Positions 27,023-37,019 are shown, counted from the stretch's first letter. The stretch: 46,341 bases of DNA from a virus (IMGVR_UViG_3300016665_000445:1-46341); one strand, 5' to 3'. Notes: a model not told the origin generated them from the letters alone. Numbers and translations: made by a program.

Positions 27023-28336
27023 TTATCTTGAAATTTCTTCCCAATCTAATGATGCATAACAATTACTTGAATTTGTACCTGTTTGAACTGCAAGAGTAAA
27101 TGTTTCTACATCTCCAGTAAAACTATTTCGTTGAAGTTGATATTGAAACATTGCTTGTTTTAAAATATCAATTGTTGGAGATGATTGTGTTGATGAATTA
27201 AGATATCCTGTAGCAGTTACTCTACCACCTGATATTGCATTAGCAGTCAACGTATATTCGATGGCGGAATTTGATCCAGCAGATATCCAAGGTTCTGTGT
27301 TTGTTACTGTACCACCAGCAATCAAACTCCATTTGAAGTCAACACCATTTCCTTTTCCTAGAATAGATGCAGCAGTAGGAATTACAATAGCATCAAGTGC
27401 AGTTGATTTTAATCTTAACGAAACAATAGGATACATAGTATTTGCAGTTGCACAAGTATATCCTGTACCTACAGGTGTACCTATCGACTGTTGGATTCCT
27501 CTTAACTCATATCCACCTTCAGATATAACAGTTGAACATACTTGTTTTAATACAGAATTACTAGCAGTTGTTCCTGTATTTTTTATTTCATATCTTAATG
27601 GAAGAGATGCTGTAGTCATATATGTTGTATTAATATAATTAGCATGATGAAAAGAATGACAATGTATAATTTTACCATCTATAATAAATCCACAACGAAC
27701 AGTACCAAGACCTAACCATTCAATATCATGGAATACTATCTGTGCTTTTGACATATCAAGAGTTAACTGTGAAGGACTTGAGGGTACTGCGCCTAAAAGA
27801 GTATCAACATTCCAATTTGCTTGTTCTGTTCTTGTTTCAACTAATGAACCATTTGACCATGATCTTTCAACAAAAGCAATGTTAGTGCCATTTGCTTCTA
27901 AATAAACTCCATTATTTGCACCAAAATAACCTACTCTTTGTCTTAAATTAGCTTTTGGAGGTTCCATAACAACTGTATTAAGAATTTGTAATGATTTTCC
28001 AGGTTGATATGAAAAAACCTTTGTAGTTTCACGAATAATTTCTTCATTAGCTGTAGTATTTAATTTTAAATCAATTAACCCTGCATTTGCATTGAAATTA
28101 TAAGTTGCATTAGAAGTATTTGAAGTTGCCCATAGTCCATTATCTTTATATCTATGAGAAGAATCGAATAATGTTAATGGAGTAGAAACTCTAGCACGTC
28201 CAAAAGCATCAACTGCTGTTCCGGTAGGGTTTGCAGGACCAACAAGATTGCCATACTGATCTGCCAACATAACGACTTCATATATTGTTTTTCCATCTTG
28301 TAAATATTGATGAGTATCTTTTCTAAATTGTGCCAT
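27023..28336 (-). CDS. Conserved phage (probable virion) protein
   Basis: DAFGRARVSTPLTLFDS, YQPGKS, EWLGLGTVRCGF, LPLRYEI, ISEGG; beta-rich T/N/S composition. Confidence 0.65.
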   Translation of the reverse strand: MAQFRKDTHQYLQDGKTIYEVVMLADQYGNLVGPANPTGTAVDAFGRARVSTPLTLFDSSHRYKDNGLWATSNTSNATYNFNANAGLIDLKLNTTANEEIIRETTKVFSYQPGKSLQILNTVVMEPPKANLRQRVGYFGANNGVYLEANGTNIAFVERSWSNGSLVETRTEQANWNVDTLLGAVPSSPSQLTLDMSKAQIVFHDIEWLGLGTVRCGFIIDGKIIHCHSFHHANYINTTYMTTASLPLRYEIKNTGTTASNSVLKQVCSTVISEGGYELRGIQQSIGTPVGTGYTCATANTMYPIVSLRLKSTALDAIVIPTAASILGKGNGVDFKWSLIAGGTVTNTEPWISAGSNSAIEYTLTANAISGGRVTATGYLNSSTQSSPTIDILKQAMFQYQLQRNSFTGDVETFTLAVQTGTNSSNCYASLDWEEISR

Positions 28337-29505
28337 TATTTTTTGTCCTTGTTATGATGTCTGATATGAAAATCTTTTATTAATTTACTAAGAATGCTAC
28401 TTCTTTGATCAGAATCTACAACATTTCCACCTTTATAAGATGTAGATACTCCTCCAGGATTACCTGATACATAACCCATACCTCTAATATCACCAGATGA
28501 AGATGATACAATAGAAGTTGTATTTGTTTCTTCATTAATAGATTTAGGAACTTTTAATTTTGATTTTTTACCATCAGAGTGATGAAATAATATATCACCT
28601 TTATTACCATTTTTCATTAATATATTTGCTAATATTTTAGAACTATTAGTAAGTGATCTAATAACATCTAATACTGATTTGAAGTGTTTATCATTTTGAA
28701 GAATATGATTTACATCTTTTTCATGATTTTTAATAGCTTTATCTGAACTTTCTGGTGAATCATACATATCTTTTCTTCTTATGGCTTTTCCATGAGATTC
28801 TTTCATTAATTCATTAATGAAATCTTCAACAGAATGTTTATCATTCATTTCATCTTTTAATTTAATATATTTTTTAATTTTGCCAGTATGTCCAGAAACA
28901 GCATCTAATGCATCAGGGTCCATTTTCATATATGCTTTTTTAGCATTATTCATATTCATGAGAAAATTATTTTGATCTTCTGGAGTATAATTTGATGGAT
29001 CTACTTTAATTTTATTATTAATTATTTCAATATTTTTGTCTGAATTAAATTTTTTTAATTCTTTATCTTTTATAGGATTTCCACGTGAATCTGTTTCTAT
29101 TGATAGAGTTAAAACGTTTCTATCATTTTTAGATATTTTACCACCATAAAATTTACTATGTCTAGGAATAATAGATGGAATAAATGTAAGAGCTTCTTTT
29201 AATAAATCATTTAATTCTGTTTGTTGAAAATTATTATCAATATCTTCGAATGTACTAAATTTTATATCATTAAATTCAATAAAAAACATTTTTTTGTTTA
29301 TACCAAAAGTTATAGGCAATCCATCTTGTTCTATAAATTTAGGAATAGATCCTTTTTTTCCTAATAATTCATTATGAACATCTTCTAATGCATTTGCTGT
29401 TTCAGCAACACCTTCATGACCATTGTGCAATGGAAGATGATGAACTTCTCTTACCATATCTTTTTCATCTTTTTGTTCTATCAGAAAATTTCTAAAATTC
29501 ATCAT
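28336..29505 (-). CDS. Hypothetical late protein
   Basis: MxxFxxFLxE N-terminus typical of T4-like head-targeted proteins; CATAAATA at 29536-29543. Confidence 0.55.
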   Translation of the reverse strand: MMNFRNFLIEQKDEKDMVREVHHLPLHNGHEGVAETANALEDVHNELLGKKGSIPKFIEQDGLPITFGINKKMFFIEFNDIKFSTFEDIDNNFQQTELNDLLKEALTFIPSIIPRHSKFYGGKISKNDRNVLTLSIETDSRGNPIKDKELKKFNSDKNIEIINNKIKVDPSNYTPEDQNNFLMNMNNAKKAYMKMDPDALDAVSGHTGKIKKYIKLKDEMNDKHSVEDFINELMKESHGKAIRRKDMYDSPESSDKAIKNHEKDVNHILQNDKHFKSVLDVIRSLTNSSKILANILMKNGNKGDILFHHSDGKKSKLKVPKSINEETNTTSIVSSSSGDIRGMGYVSGNPGGVSTSYKGGNVVDSDQRSSILSKLIKDFHIRHHNKDKK

Positions 29506-29548
29506 ATTAAATCCTACTATTAATGGTTTTATGATTATTTATGTAAAT

Positions 29549-29579
29549 AAAAAAGGGTAAGCCTTTCGACTTACCCTTT
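29549..29579 (-). terminator. Rho-independent terminator
   Basis: AAAGGGTAAGTC-GAAA-GGCTTACCCTTTTTT. Confidence 0.9.
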
Positions 29580-29690
29580 AACTGCAAACATGTATTGGGA
29601 GGAACCCCACCTATATCCCAACTATTCCTTTAGCTTTTAAACTCTGTGCCTCTAATATTCCTTTACAGAATATAACATGTTTCCGTGAAA
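29549..29690 (-). ncRNA. Candidate late-expressed structured ncRNA (about 140 nt)
   Basis: TATAAATA at 29693-29700, strong terminator at the 3' end, closing stem AAACATGT/ACATGTTT with two internal hairpins, no convincing ORF. Confidence 0.6.
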
Positions 29691-29700
29691 TCTATTTATA

Positions 29701-29883
29701 TTATTTAAATTTTATTAAAAAGAATGGGGGAGTAGAACCATCAAATCCTCCACCTAGATTTAATTTTTTCATTAATTTTTTAGCATCATTTAAGTTATCG
29801 AATGTTTTAATAATTTGATCTGTAGTATTTTCGATTAAGTTATATGTTTTATCTGATTTATTAGATGATACTTTATAATTCAT
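29701..29883 (-). CDS. Small conserved hypothetical protein
   Basis: LNLGGGFDGSTPPFF motif. Confidence 0.6.
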   Translation of the reverse strand: MNYKVSSNKSDKTYNLIENTTDQIIKTFDNLNDAKKLMKKLNLGGGFDGSTPPFFLIKFK

Positions 29884-30092
29884 ATGACCCTCTTATATTT
29901 TTCAAATACTTCATCTTTATAAAGGAAGTGAACTTCATTTTCTAAATTATTAATTTCTGTTACTAGACAAGAAATAATCCATAATTTATAATCTTGATCG
30001 CCTAGATATTCTTCTTGATAATATTGTTTAGCTTTATAAAGATCTTTCAATCTAATAGTTGAAGAGTTTATAGCGGATACAAGTGATGCCAT
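29880..30092 (-). CDS. Hypothetical protein
   Basis: Coupled to the helicase stop. Confidence 0.5.
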   Translation of the reverse strand: MASLVSAINSSTIRLKDLYKAKQYYQEEYLGDQDYKLWIISCLVTEINNLENEVHFLYKDEVFEKYKRVI

Positions 30093-31492
30093 TATTTAAA
30101 TCCTTTGAATTTATTAGTATCAAATTTCTTTTTAGGTTTTGATCTTTCTGATTCTTCTGATCCAAATTGAGAATTGTCAAATACTGGTCCATCCAGTATA
30201 TCTTCTTGAGCACTTTGGTCTACATCATACAACCTCATTTTCGACTTGTCAACTCCTATAACGAACCTTTTATTGGAATTAGGATCAGAATATCTATTTT
30301 TAAGTTGCTTGACCATAATTTGATTTAGTTCTTCTAATTCTTCTGTAGAAATTAGTGCAAACATAAAATCAGCAGTAGCTGGAAGACCAAAAGATTCAGA
30401 TGTATCTTCTAATCCCAGATCTGATGAAGCATATCCACTTCTAGTAGTTTGAGTTGCTGATACTATAGGAACATTAAATTCTACAGCTAATCCTCTTAAT
30501 TCTTCAGCGATTGCTTTAACATATGTATATGAGTTTACATTAGCTCCTTGTTTTAACCTAGATGAAATACAAATATTAAGATAATCAATATAGATAATAT
30601 CAGGAGTAAAATTTCTTTTAATTTTCAGTTCATTGATTAGATGTCTAAAATTAGCAGATCCTGCACATGCAGTTGGATATTCCTTAATGATAATTTTACC
30701 TTTAGTTTTATCTTTTAATTTTTTAATTTTTCTATCATATACATCTTTTGGTAGTGTAACTAGTTCATCAATACTAACATTTAACATGTTTATATCGATA
30801 CGTTCTGCAATTTTTTCTTCTGCCATTTCCATGGTTATATATAATACATTTAGTCCACTGAGTAGATTAGCGGCAGCACAATGACACATAAACAAACTTT
30901 TTCCTACACCAGTTCCTGCCAAAATTACATTCAATGTTTTTCTTGATAATCCACCTCTTGTAATTTTATTAAAGTATTCAAGATCAAATTCTACTTTTAC
31001 CTCTTTAGTATGGTAGAAATCATATCTTTTATCATAATCATTTAAGAAATCATGACCAATATTTGTATCAAAACTAACAGATAAAGCATCAGATAATATT
31101 TGAGGAATAGATCCTTTACTCTTATTACCAGTTTTATCATCAATAATATGAATACTATCCATTATAGCATTATAAATAGCTTTTTCTTGACAAAACTTTT
31201 CTGTACTATCTAATAACCATTCGAGATCATTTTTCTCATTAAGTGTTAATGAATCTATAATATCATAAGATGCTTTGTAAGCATCTTGGGATATAGTTTT
31301 TTCTGAAAGATCTATTAAGAGAGATTGTTTAGTTGGTACTTTATTATATTTCTTAATATAGTCATCAATAAGAGAGAAGACTATTTTATCTTCTTGAGAT
31401 GTAAAATAGTCTTCTTTTAGAAATGCAATTACTTTACGACTATAATCTTCATTGTTAATCAAATTGTTGAATATCATCTTCTCTAAATTCAT
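30092..31492 (-). CDS. gp41: Replicative helicase (T4 gp41-like)
   Basis: AGTGVGKS, ITMEMAE, IDYLNI, SATQTTRSG, SESFGLPATAD, KQLKNRY. Confidence 0.96.
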   Translation of the reverse strand: MNLEKMIFNNLINNEDYSRKVIAFLKEDYFTSQEDKIVFSLIDDYIKKYNKVPTKQSLLIDLSEKTISQDAYKASYDIIDSLTLNEKNDLEWLLDSTEKFCQEKAIYNAIMDSIHIIDDKTGNKSKGSIPQILSDALSVSFDTNIGHDFLNDYDKRYDFYHTKEVKVEFDLEYFNKITRGGLSRKTLNVILAGTGVGKSLFMCHCAAANLLSGLNVLYITMEMAEEKIAERIDINMLNVSIDELVTLPKDVYDRKIKKLKDKTKGKIIIKEYPTACAGSANFRHLINELKIKRNFTPDIIYIDYLNICISSRLKQGANVNSYTYVKAIAEELRGLAVEFNVPIVSATQTTRSGYASSDLGLEDTSESFGLPATADFMFALISTEELEELNQIMVKQLKNRYSDPNSNKRFVIGVDKSKMRLYDVDQSAQEDILDGPVFDNSQFGSEESERSKPKKKFDTNKFKGFK

Positions 31493-31697
31493 TATATCTC
31501 CTATTAGGATGAAATATATCTAATGTATAATTTTCAGCAGCATCTTTTACATAATGTAAACTTTTCTCAGTAAATAACATAGAATATAAATATCTATCAT
31601 TTTCATAGAAATCAATAGCATATTTACCAGGATCGGTTTCTACTACAACTGCTTTTTTATTATTATTATTATAATCTTTAATCTGTTTTGTCATCAT
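31455..31697 (-). CDS. Hypothetical protein
   Basis: KSLHYVKDAAENY motif; start probably MMTKQ. Confidence 0.55.
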   Translation of the reverse strand: MMTKQIKDYNNNNKKAVVVETDPGKYAIDFYENDRYLYSMLFTEKSLHYVKDAAENYTLDIFHPNRRYNEFREDDIQQFD

Positions 31698-32727
31698 TAT
31701 CTTCCATGATAGCTCCAGTTGTGACTCTATAAGTTTTTTCAATATATTTTGCAAAATCTGTAGTTTCAAACATATTGATCCAAAACTTTTTATTATTAAT
31801 AATATCTGATGCTCTCATATTAGGTTCTTTAAGTTCACCTGTAGTTTGGTCAACAACAGCATACCATCCATTTTTGGGTTTAGTAATATAATTACCTTCA
31901 AGAGCTACATCTAAAAGTCCAGACCATTTATTAATACCATTTTCATAAGATAAGGTAATAGGAATTTTTGATTTTTCTTTAACATACCTAGATTTTTCAA
32001 TATTAATCACAAAATGATATCCAGCAATTTCTGTTCCATCTTTATCTTGTTGACGACCGATAATCCAAATATTATCTGAACCATAATATGAGCCAGTTCC
32101 TCCTCCAACAATATCTTTTGGATACATACTAATTTCTTTGTATGTATGATTAATAACAATCATAGGAATATCTTTAAGTGTTAGATGTGGAGTAACCATA
32201 CGGAAAAGAGATTTTAATTGTTTAGCACGAGACATATCTGCTACTGCTTTACCATCTAAAGCATCTTCTACTTCTTTTTTAGATGCTAGATTACCGATAG
32301 AATCAATAATAATTAAAACATGTTCTCCACGTTCCAAAGATTTCATTTGTTTCATTATATCAAATTTTAATTCTTCAATATCAGTAATTGGTGTATGTAC
32401 TACTGAATCAAATGGAATTTTAAATGTTTCGAAATATGATTGTGGAGTACCGAATTCTGAATCATAAAACAAAATAACTCCTTCGGGATATTTTTTAAGA
32501 AAAGATGCTGCTAATAGCAGAGCAAATCCAGTTTTAAAATGTTTAGATGGACCTGCTAACATTGTTAGACCAGGAGTAATACCACCATCTACTGTTCCAG
32601 ATAGTGCAACATTAATCATAGGAACAGGGGTTTGAATCATATCTTTTTTTGTATAAATTTTAGACTCTGTAAGTGTAGATGTATATTCAATTGTAGAATT
32701 TTTAATAAGTTTATCTTTTAATGACAT
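31678..32727 (-). CDS. uvsX: RecA-like recombinase
   Basis: AGPSKHFKT, FYDSEFG, IDSIGNLASKKE, DMSRAK, GGGTG. Confidence 0.96.
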   Translation of the reverse strand: MSLKDKLIKNSTIEYTSTLTESKIYTKKDMIQTPVPMINVALSGTVDGGITPGLTMLAGPSKHFKTGFALLLAASFLKKYPEGVILFYDSEFGTPQSYFETFKIPFDSVVHTPITDIEELKFDIMKQMKSLERGEHVLIIIDSIGNLASKKEVEDALDGKAVADMSRAKQLKSLFRMVTPHLTLKDIPMIVINHTYKEISMYPKDIVGGGTGSYYGSDNIWIIGRQQDKDGTEIAGYHFVINIEKSRYVKEKSKIPITLSYENGINKWSGLLDVALEGNYITKPKNGWYAVVDQTTGELKEPNMRASDIINNKKFWINMFETTDFAKYIEKTYRVTTGAIMEDNDDKTD

Positions 32728-32736
32728 TCATATCTC

Positions 32737-33537
32737 CTATAATGAAATCAATTTATTTTTATCTATTTTTATAGATTTATCGTCTTGATAAAGTATATGT
32801 TTTCTATGATATAGACCATAGTTGGCAGCTATTAATAAAACTACAGCTAATGGATCAAATACTATTATTATTAGTACTATCATCCAACTAACTGCTCTTT
32901 CTAATTGTTTATCATCAGCATTTTCTGTAAAAAATTCTGCTATATATTTAATAGGACCAACTTCTGCTTCTAATTTTCTTTGTTCGGATTCTACTTTAAT
33001 TTTTTCTTGTGTTAATTTAGTTTTATTATCAATAGAGGTTTGTTTGATTTTAGTTAACTCATCTCTTTTCTTTCTTTGTTGATCATTAGCTTTTAATGAA
33101 CTAGAAGCTTGACCTTTCTCTACCATCTTTGTTACAGCATTATCTATTATTCCTATCTGTTTGTCAATATCTGATATTTTATCTTCTTCTATTTTTATTT
33201 TAAAAACAATTTCTTTTAAAATATCTGATCCACCAGAATTCATTTTCACTGTTTGATCTATATGTGCTTTAGAAAGAAATCCAAAAACTCCCATAGATGT
33301 AATAATCATTAATATTATTAATGAAAAAGTAAGATATATTTTAATATTTTTTTTAGCAATATCCCAATTATGATATAGCCATGATGCAGTAACAAGTTTT
33401 GCTATTTCAAGAGTTGATCCCATGAATATGACTGGCCAAAATGCTGATGCAAATATGGCAGTTAATCCAATAATAGAATAATAACCAGATACTGCTGATA
33501 ATGCTAATGCTACTATTAGTGCTATATAATTTATCAT
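32737..33537 (-). CDS. Membrane-anchored coiled-coil protein
   Basis: N-terminal TM helices, TSMGVFGFLSKAH, EAEVGPIKYIAE, VFDPLAV. Confidence 0.7.
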   Translation of the reverse strand: MINYIALIVALALSAVSGYYSIIGLTAIFASAFWPVIFMGSTLEIAKLVTASWLYHNWDIAKKNIKIYLTFSLIILMIITSMGVFGFLSKAHIDQTVKMNSGGSDILKEIVFKIKIEEDKISDIDKQIGIIDNAVTKMVEKGQASSSLKANDQQRKKRDELTKIKQTSIDNKTKLTQEKIKVESEQRKLEAEVGPIKYIAEFFTENADDKQLERAVSWMIVLIIIVFDPLAVVLLIAANYGLYHRKHILYQDDKSIKIDKNKLISL

Positions 33538-33803
33538 TTGATAATATAATTATCTATTTTTTGCATAAACGCTTTTATTTTATCTGCTCTATCTGGCCAA
33601 AATATATAAGATTTATCTGGATCTTTAGACAGATTAAGTAATAGAGGCATAATCATATTTCTAAGTCCATGTAATTTATCTGTCAACTCTTCTGATGTTT
33701 GTTGAACAATTTTAGTTTGCTCTTCTATTTTTCTTCTCAACATTTCTTCATGTTGCTTTAGTTCTTCTTCCGAGACGAGTGAAAACCCGAAATCATCATC
33801 CAT
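33534..33803 (-). CDS. Conserved hypothetical protein
   Basis: DDDFGFS start, PLL.NL.K.PDK.YI.WP.R. Confidence 0.65.
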   Translation of the reverse strand: MDDDFGFSLVSEEELKQHEEMLRRKIEEQTKIVQQTSEELTDKLHGLRNMIMPLLLNLSKDPDKSYIFWPDRADKIKAFMQKIDNYIIK

Positions 33804-33821
33804 TTTATTAACCTTTCTATT

Positions 33822-36296
33822 TTAGACAAAAAATGATTCTAAAGATTCTGTATCTTTTAATTTCCAATTAATAGTATCTGATATAGATTTTAATGGTTCT
33901 AGAAAAGATTTTTCAAATTGTAACTCTCTATCTATATATTTCTCCAAATCAAATTCTTTTGGTAACACATCTGGAGCAGCTATAACAGTATCTTTTATAG
34001 GATTAGGTAATTTCAAATATACAAACTTGATTTTATCACCATCCATAATTTTTGGAATACTAGAAATACTTTTTTTATTAATATAATAATTAAATAACAA
34101 AGAACCTTTTACATGGATAGGAGTTCCTTTTTTATATATATCATCTTCGTCATAATATTTATTCATTCCATTTACACCTCTAGGGAAGGCTATTTTTTCA
34201 AATGGAAGAGTTTCATATTCTTTTTTAAACTTTTCAATAAATAACTTCAAATCATTTTCATCACCATTCATAATAATTTCAATTGCTTTTTTAATATTTT
34301 CTCTACATGCATATGGAGTTGAAGATCTAACTGCTTCAATTCCTTGCATTTTAAGTTTTGGTTTATCATATTGTACTCCCTCAACATTCCAAGCATTCAA
34401 GATATACATCTTTTTTGCTTTCCATATGCCCTTATTAGCAATAGTTTCACGTTTCATAAACATTTTTTGCTGATAAGCATTCATCTTAACATAAAGTTTT
34501 TCATATGACTTATTAATGAAAGGTTGAATTTTCTTTTCGCAAAATTCATCTATTGCTTTTACAATAATCTTATCATCTTGAATATCTATTTTTTTTACAA
34601 GTGATTCCATATTAACATATATAGAATCAGTATCAGATGCAATAACATAATCAATATTATCGCTACTCAATATCTTATTCATATATTGATTAATATGTTT
34701 TTCAATCCATCTAATTGATAATTGACCAGACATAGTAATAGCTTCAGCGTGATTAAAGTTAAACCATCTGAAATATTCATTGCCCAATGCACCATATGCA
34801 GAGTTAAGTTGGATCTTCTTAGCTAACTGCATATTGTGATATCTAGCAATTAGTTTTTCATATTCCTTATTTTTAGTTTCCTCATACTTCTTTTTAGCCT
34901 CAATCATTTTCTTCTTATATTCAGTACGATCATTATACATTTTTTCCATTAGAGCAGGTAAAAATCCTTGTTTATCTTTGCGATAATAACAACCATTTGC
35001 CGTCATGGAATATCGATCATTATCATTTTTATGTTGTTCGTCTAATAATTTATCAACAGATAAATAATCATTAGATCTAAAAACGAATGTTTCTGGTGAG
35101 ATATTATATTGCATAATAAGATGTGGATAAAGACTATTCAAATCGAATGATACTACCCATTTAGACATACCAATTTTTGGATCTTTAACATATCCACCTA
35201 CGAGTGATTTATCCATAGATTGTTTTTTGAATTGAGGAATAACAATTCTACGATCTAATAGATAATTATGAATAATAACATCCCATGGTTTTACTGTAGC
35301 CATAGTATCGATATAATTAACTTTTGCGTCATAAGCAAAAGCCATTACTTGTTCAATAAATTTCAACTTTTCTTCTAATTTATCTACTAGAATAACGTCA
35401 ATAATATTATATTCAATAAACTTTTGATAATTATTTTTGTATAATTCTAATAGTGATCCATATTCAGAATAATCTACTTTAGTTTCATCTAATTCTACAG
35501 ATGCAATATAGTCGAGCTTATATGATTCTTGATTACCAAATGTAAATTTTCTATACAGTTGGTAATAATCAAGAGTAGAAATACCTAAAATATTGTATGT
35601 TTGATTAGTTTTACCTTTAAATTCAACTAATTTTTCATCTACGAATCCCCATGGAGAAAGTCTTTTAGCTTCACTTTCACCCATAATAAATTTGATACGA
35701 TTATATAGATATGGAATATCGAAGTATTCAATATTCCAACCAGTGATAACATCTGGTCTAATAGAATGAAATTCCCAAACTTTTAGGAAGTTAGATAGAA
35801 GTGTATATTCATCTTTACATTTGATATATGTGATAGATTTATCATTTGTTTTAAATTCTCCACAACCAAATACATATGAATGTTTGTTTTTACGAATGGT
35901 GATAGCTGTAATTTCTTTATCAGCTAGTTGGATATTAGGGAATCCTTCATCTGCTGCACATTCGATATCTATGGATACAACAGACACTAGTGATGTATCG
36001 TATTGAATTTCTCCATGGAATGTGTCATAGATGTAAAGATATTGAAATTGAGTTAATCCATAGTATTCAAATCCACCTACATCTTCATATTGTTTAATAA
36101 AATCTTTAGCTTCTCTAATAGAATCAAACTCTTTTTTATAAACATCTTTATTATTGAGTGTAGTATACTTACCATTTTCTTTTGGTAAGAAAAGATATGG
36201 TTTATAATTTATTTTATTTTGATAAAATTTGTTATCTTTATATCCTCTGATATAGATATAATTACCTCGTGCAAATACGTTTGTATAAAAATGCAT
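33822..36296 (-). CDS. gp43: Family B DNA polymerase (T4 gp43-like)
   Basis: DIEC exo I, GWNIEYFD, SFDLNSLYP, KIQLNSAYG, SDTDS, KKMY. Confidence 0.97.
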   Translation of the reverse strand: MHFYTNVFARGNYIYIRGYKDNKFYQNKINYKPYLFLPKENGKYTTLNNKDVYKKEFDSIREAKDFIKQYEDVGGFEYYGLTQFQYLYIYDTFHGEIQYDTSLVSVVSIDIECAADEGFPNIQLADKEITAITIRKNKHSYVFGCGEFKTNDKSITYIKCKDEYTLLSNFLKVWEFHSIRPDVITGWNIEYFDIPYLYNRIKFIMGESEAKRLSPWGFVDEKLVEFKGKTNQTYNILGISTLDYYQLYRKFTFGNQESYKLDYIASVELDETKVDYSEYGSLLELYKNNYQKFIEYNIIDVILVDKLEEKLKFIEQVMAFAYDAKVNYIDTMATVKPWDVIIHNYLLDRRIVIPQFKKQSMDKSLVGGYVKDPKIGMSKWVVSFDLNSLYPHLIMQYNISPETFVFRSNDYLSVDKLLDEQHKNDNDRYSMTANGCYYRKDKQGFLPALMEKMYNDRTEYKKKMIEAKKKYEETKNKEYEKLIARYHNMQLAKKIQLNSAYGALGNEYFRWFNFNHAEAITMSGQLSIRWIEKHINQYMNKILSSDNIDYVIASDTDSIYVNMESLVKKIDIQDDKIIVKAIDEFCEKKIQPFINKSYEKLYVKMNAYQQKMFMKRETIANKGIWKAKKMYILNAWNVEGVQYDKPKLKMQGIEAVRSSTPYACRENIKKAIEIIMNGDENDLKLFIEKFKKEYETLPFEKIAFPRGVNGMNKYYDEDDIYKKGTPIHVKGSLLFNYYINKKSISSIPKIMDGDKIKFVYLKLPNPIKDTVIAAPDVLPKEFDLEKYIDRELQFEKSFLEPLKSISDTINWKLKDTESLESFFV

Positions 36297-36310
36297 TAAT
36301 ACCTCATCAA

Positions 36311-36340
36311 TAAAAAAGAGGATAGTTTCCTATCCTCTTT
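36311..36340 (-). terminator. Rho-independent terminator upstream of gp43
   Basis: AAAGAGGATAG-GAAA-CTATCCTCTTTTTT. Confidence 0.85.
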
Positions 36341-36369
36341 AGTCTATCATTATTTATGATATATGTCAA
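36341..36369 (-). promoter_or_regulatory. Sigma70 promoter for gp43 with a nested late-promoter motif
   Basis: TTGACA-N17-TAGACT; CATAAATA within the spacer (36351-36358). Confidence 0.7.
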
Positions 36370-36473
36370 TAATCCATTCTATGTTTGATCATCATTTTAG
36401 CACGTAGTAATTGTGCTTCTTGAATAGCTTCAACAATTTTTCTAAACAGACTTTTTTCCTTTGGGAGTTTCAT
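36366..36473 (-). CDS. Possible 35-aa protein downstream of hsp20
   Basis: MKLPKEKSLFRKIVEAIQEAQLLRAKMMIKHRMDY; no clear SD. Confidence 0.35.
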   Translation of the reverse strand: MKLPKEKSLFRKIVEAIQEAQLLRAKMMIKHRMDY

Positions 36474-36939
36474 TGTGTTCTGAAAGAAACTCTTTGCTAC
36501 TATATTCATTATTTGTATCCTTTATTTCTATTTTTCTTGGTTTTTTATGATCTGGAATAATATTTTCTAAGAAAATTTTCAACATTCCATTAACAAGCTG
36601 TGTATTTTTGATTTCAACGGTATCAGCTAAACTAAATTGACGGATGAATGATCTATCAGCTATACCTTTATAAACATAATCTGTTGAAGAGGTATCTTGA
36701 TTAACTTTTCCTGATATAACTAGAGAGTTTTCCTTAATCTCTACCTCTAAATCTTGTTTGCCAAACCCAGCAACAGCTAATTCGATAACATATTTGTTAT
36801 CATCTTGTTTAACTATATTGTATGGGGGATATCCTAATGTTTTTGAAGCAGATTTAACAGTATTTTCTAGTAATTTAAATGCTTCATCAAAACCTACAGT
36901 TAGTGAACGATATACATCTGGTACATAAAATTCTCTCAT
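36442..36939 (-). CDS. hsp20: Small heat-shock protein (Hsp20/IbpA-like)
   Basis: GFD, YPPYNI, IELAVAGF, YKGIADRSF...F.LAD, NGML; start MREF after AAGGAGG SD. Confidence 0.94.
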   Translation of the reverse strand: MREFYVPDVYRSLTVGFDEAFKLLENTVKSASKTLGYPPYNIVKQDDNKYVIELAVAGFGKQDLEVEIKENSLVISGKVNQDTSSTDYVYKGIADRSFIRQFSLADTVEIKNTQLVNGMLKIFLENIIPDHKKPRKIEIKDTNNEYSSKEFLSEHNETPKGKKSV

Positions 36940-37004
36940 ATTAGCCTCCTTATTAAGCAAGGTTGTTATTTGACACCCTTTAAAGCAGTGTCATTAGTAT
37001 TTAG
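36937..37004 (-). promoter_or_regulatory. ROSE-like RNA thermometer leader with CTAAATA late-promoter variant
   Basis: CC-TTGCT-T pairs with AAGGAGG with a bulged G; upstream hairpin TGACAC/GTGTCA. Confidence 0.75.
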
Positions 37005-37019
37005 TTCGCAAGTGCAGCA

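Noticed and set aside
13581-36296. Introns or inteins in nrdJ, thyX, gp41, uvsX or gp43
   Set aside because: The ORFs are continuous, of ordinary length, and show no intein or intron signatures.
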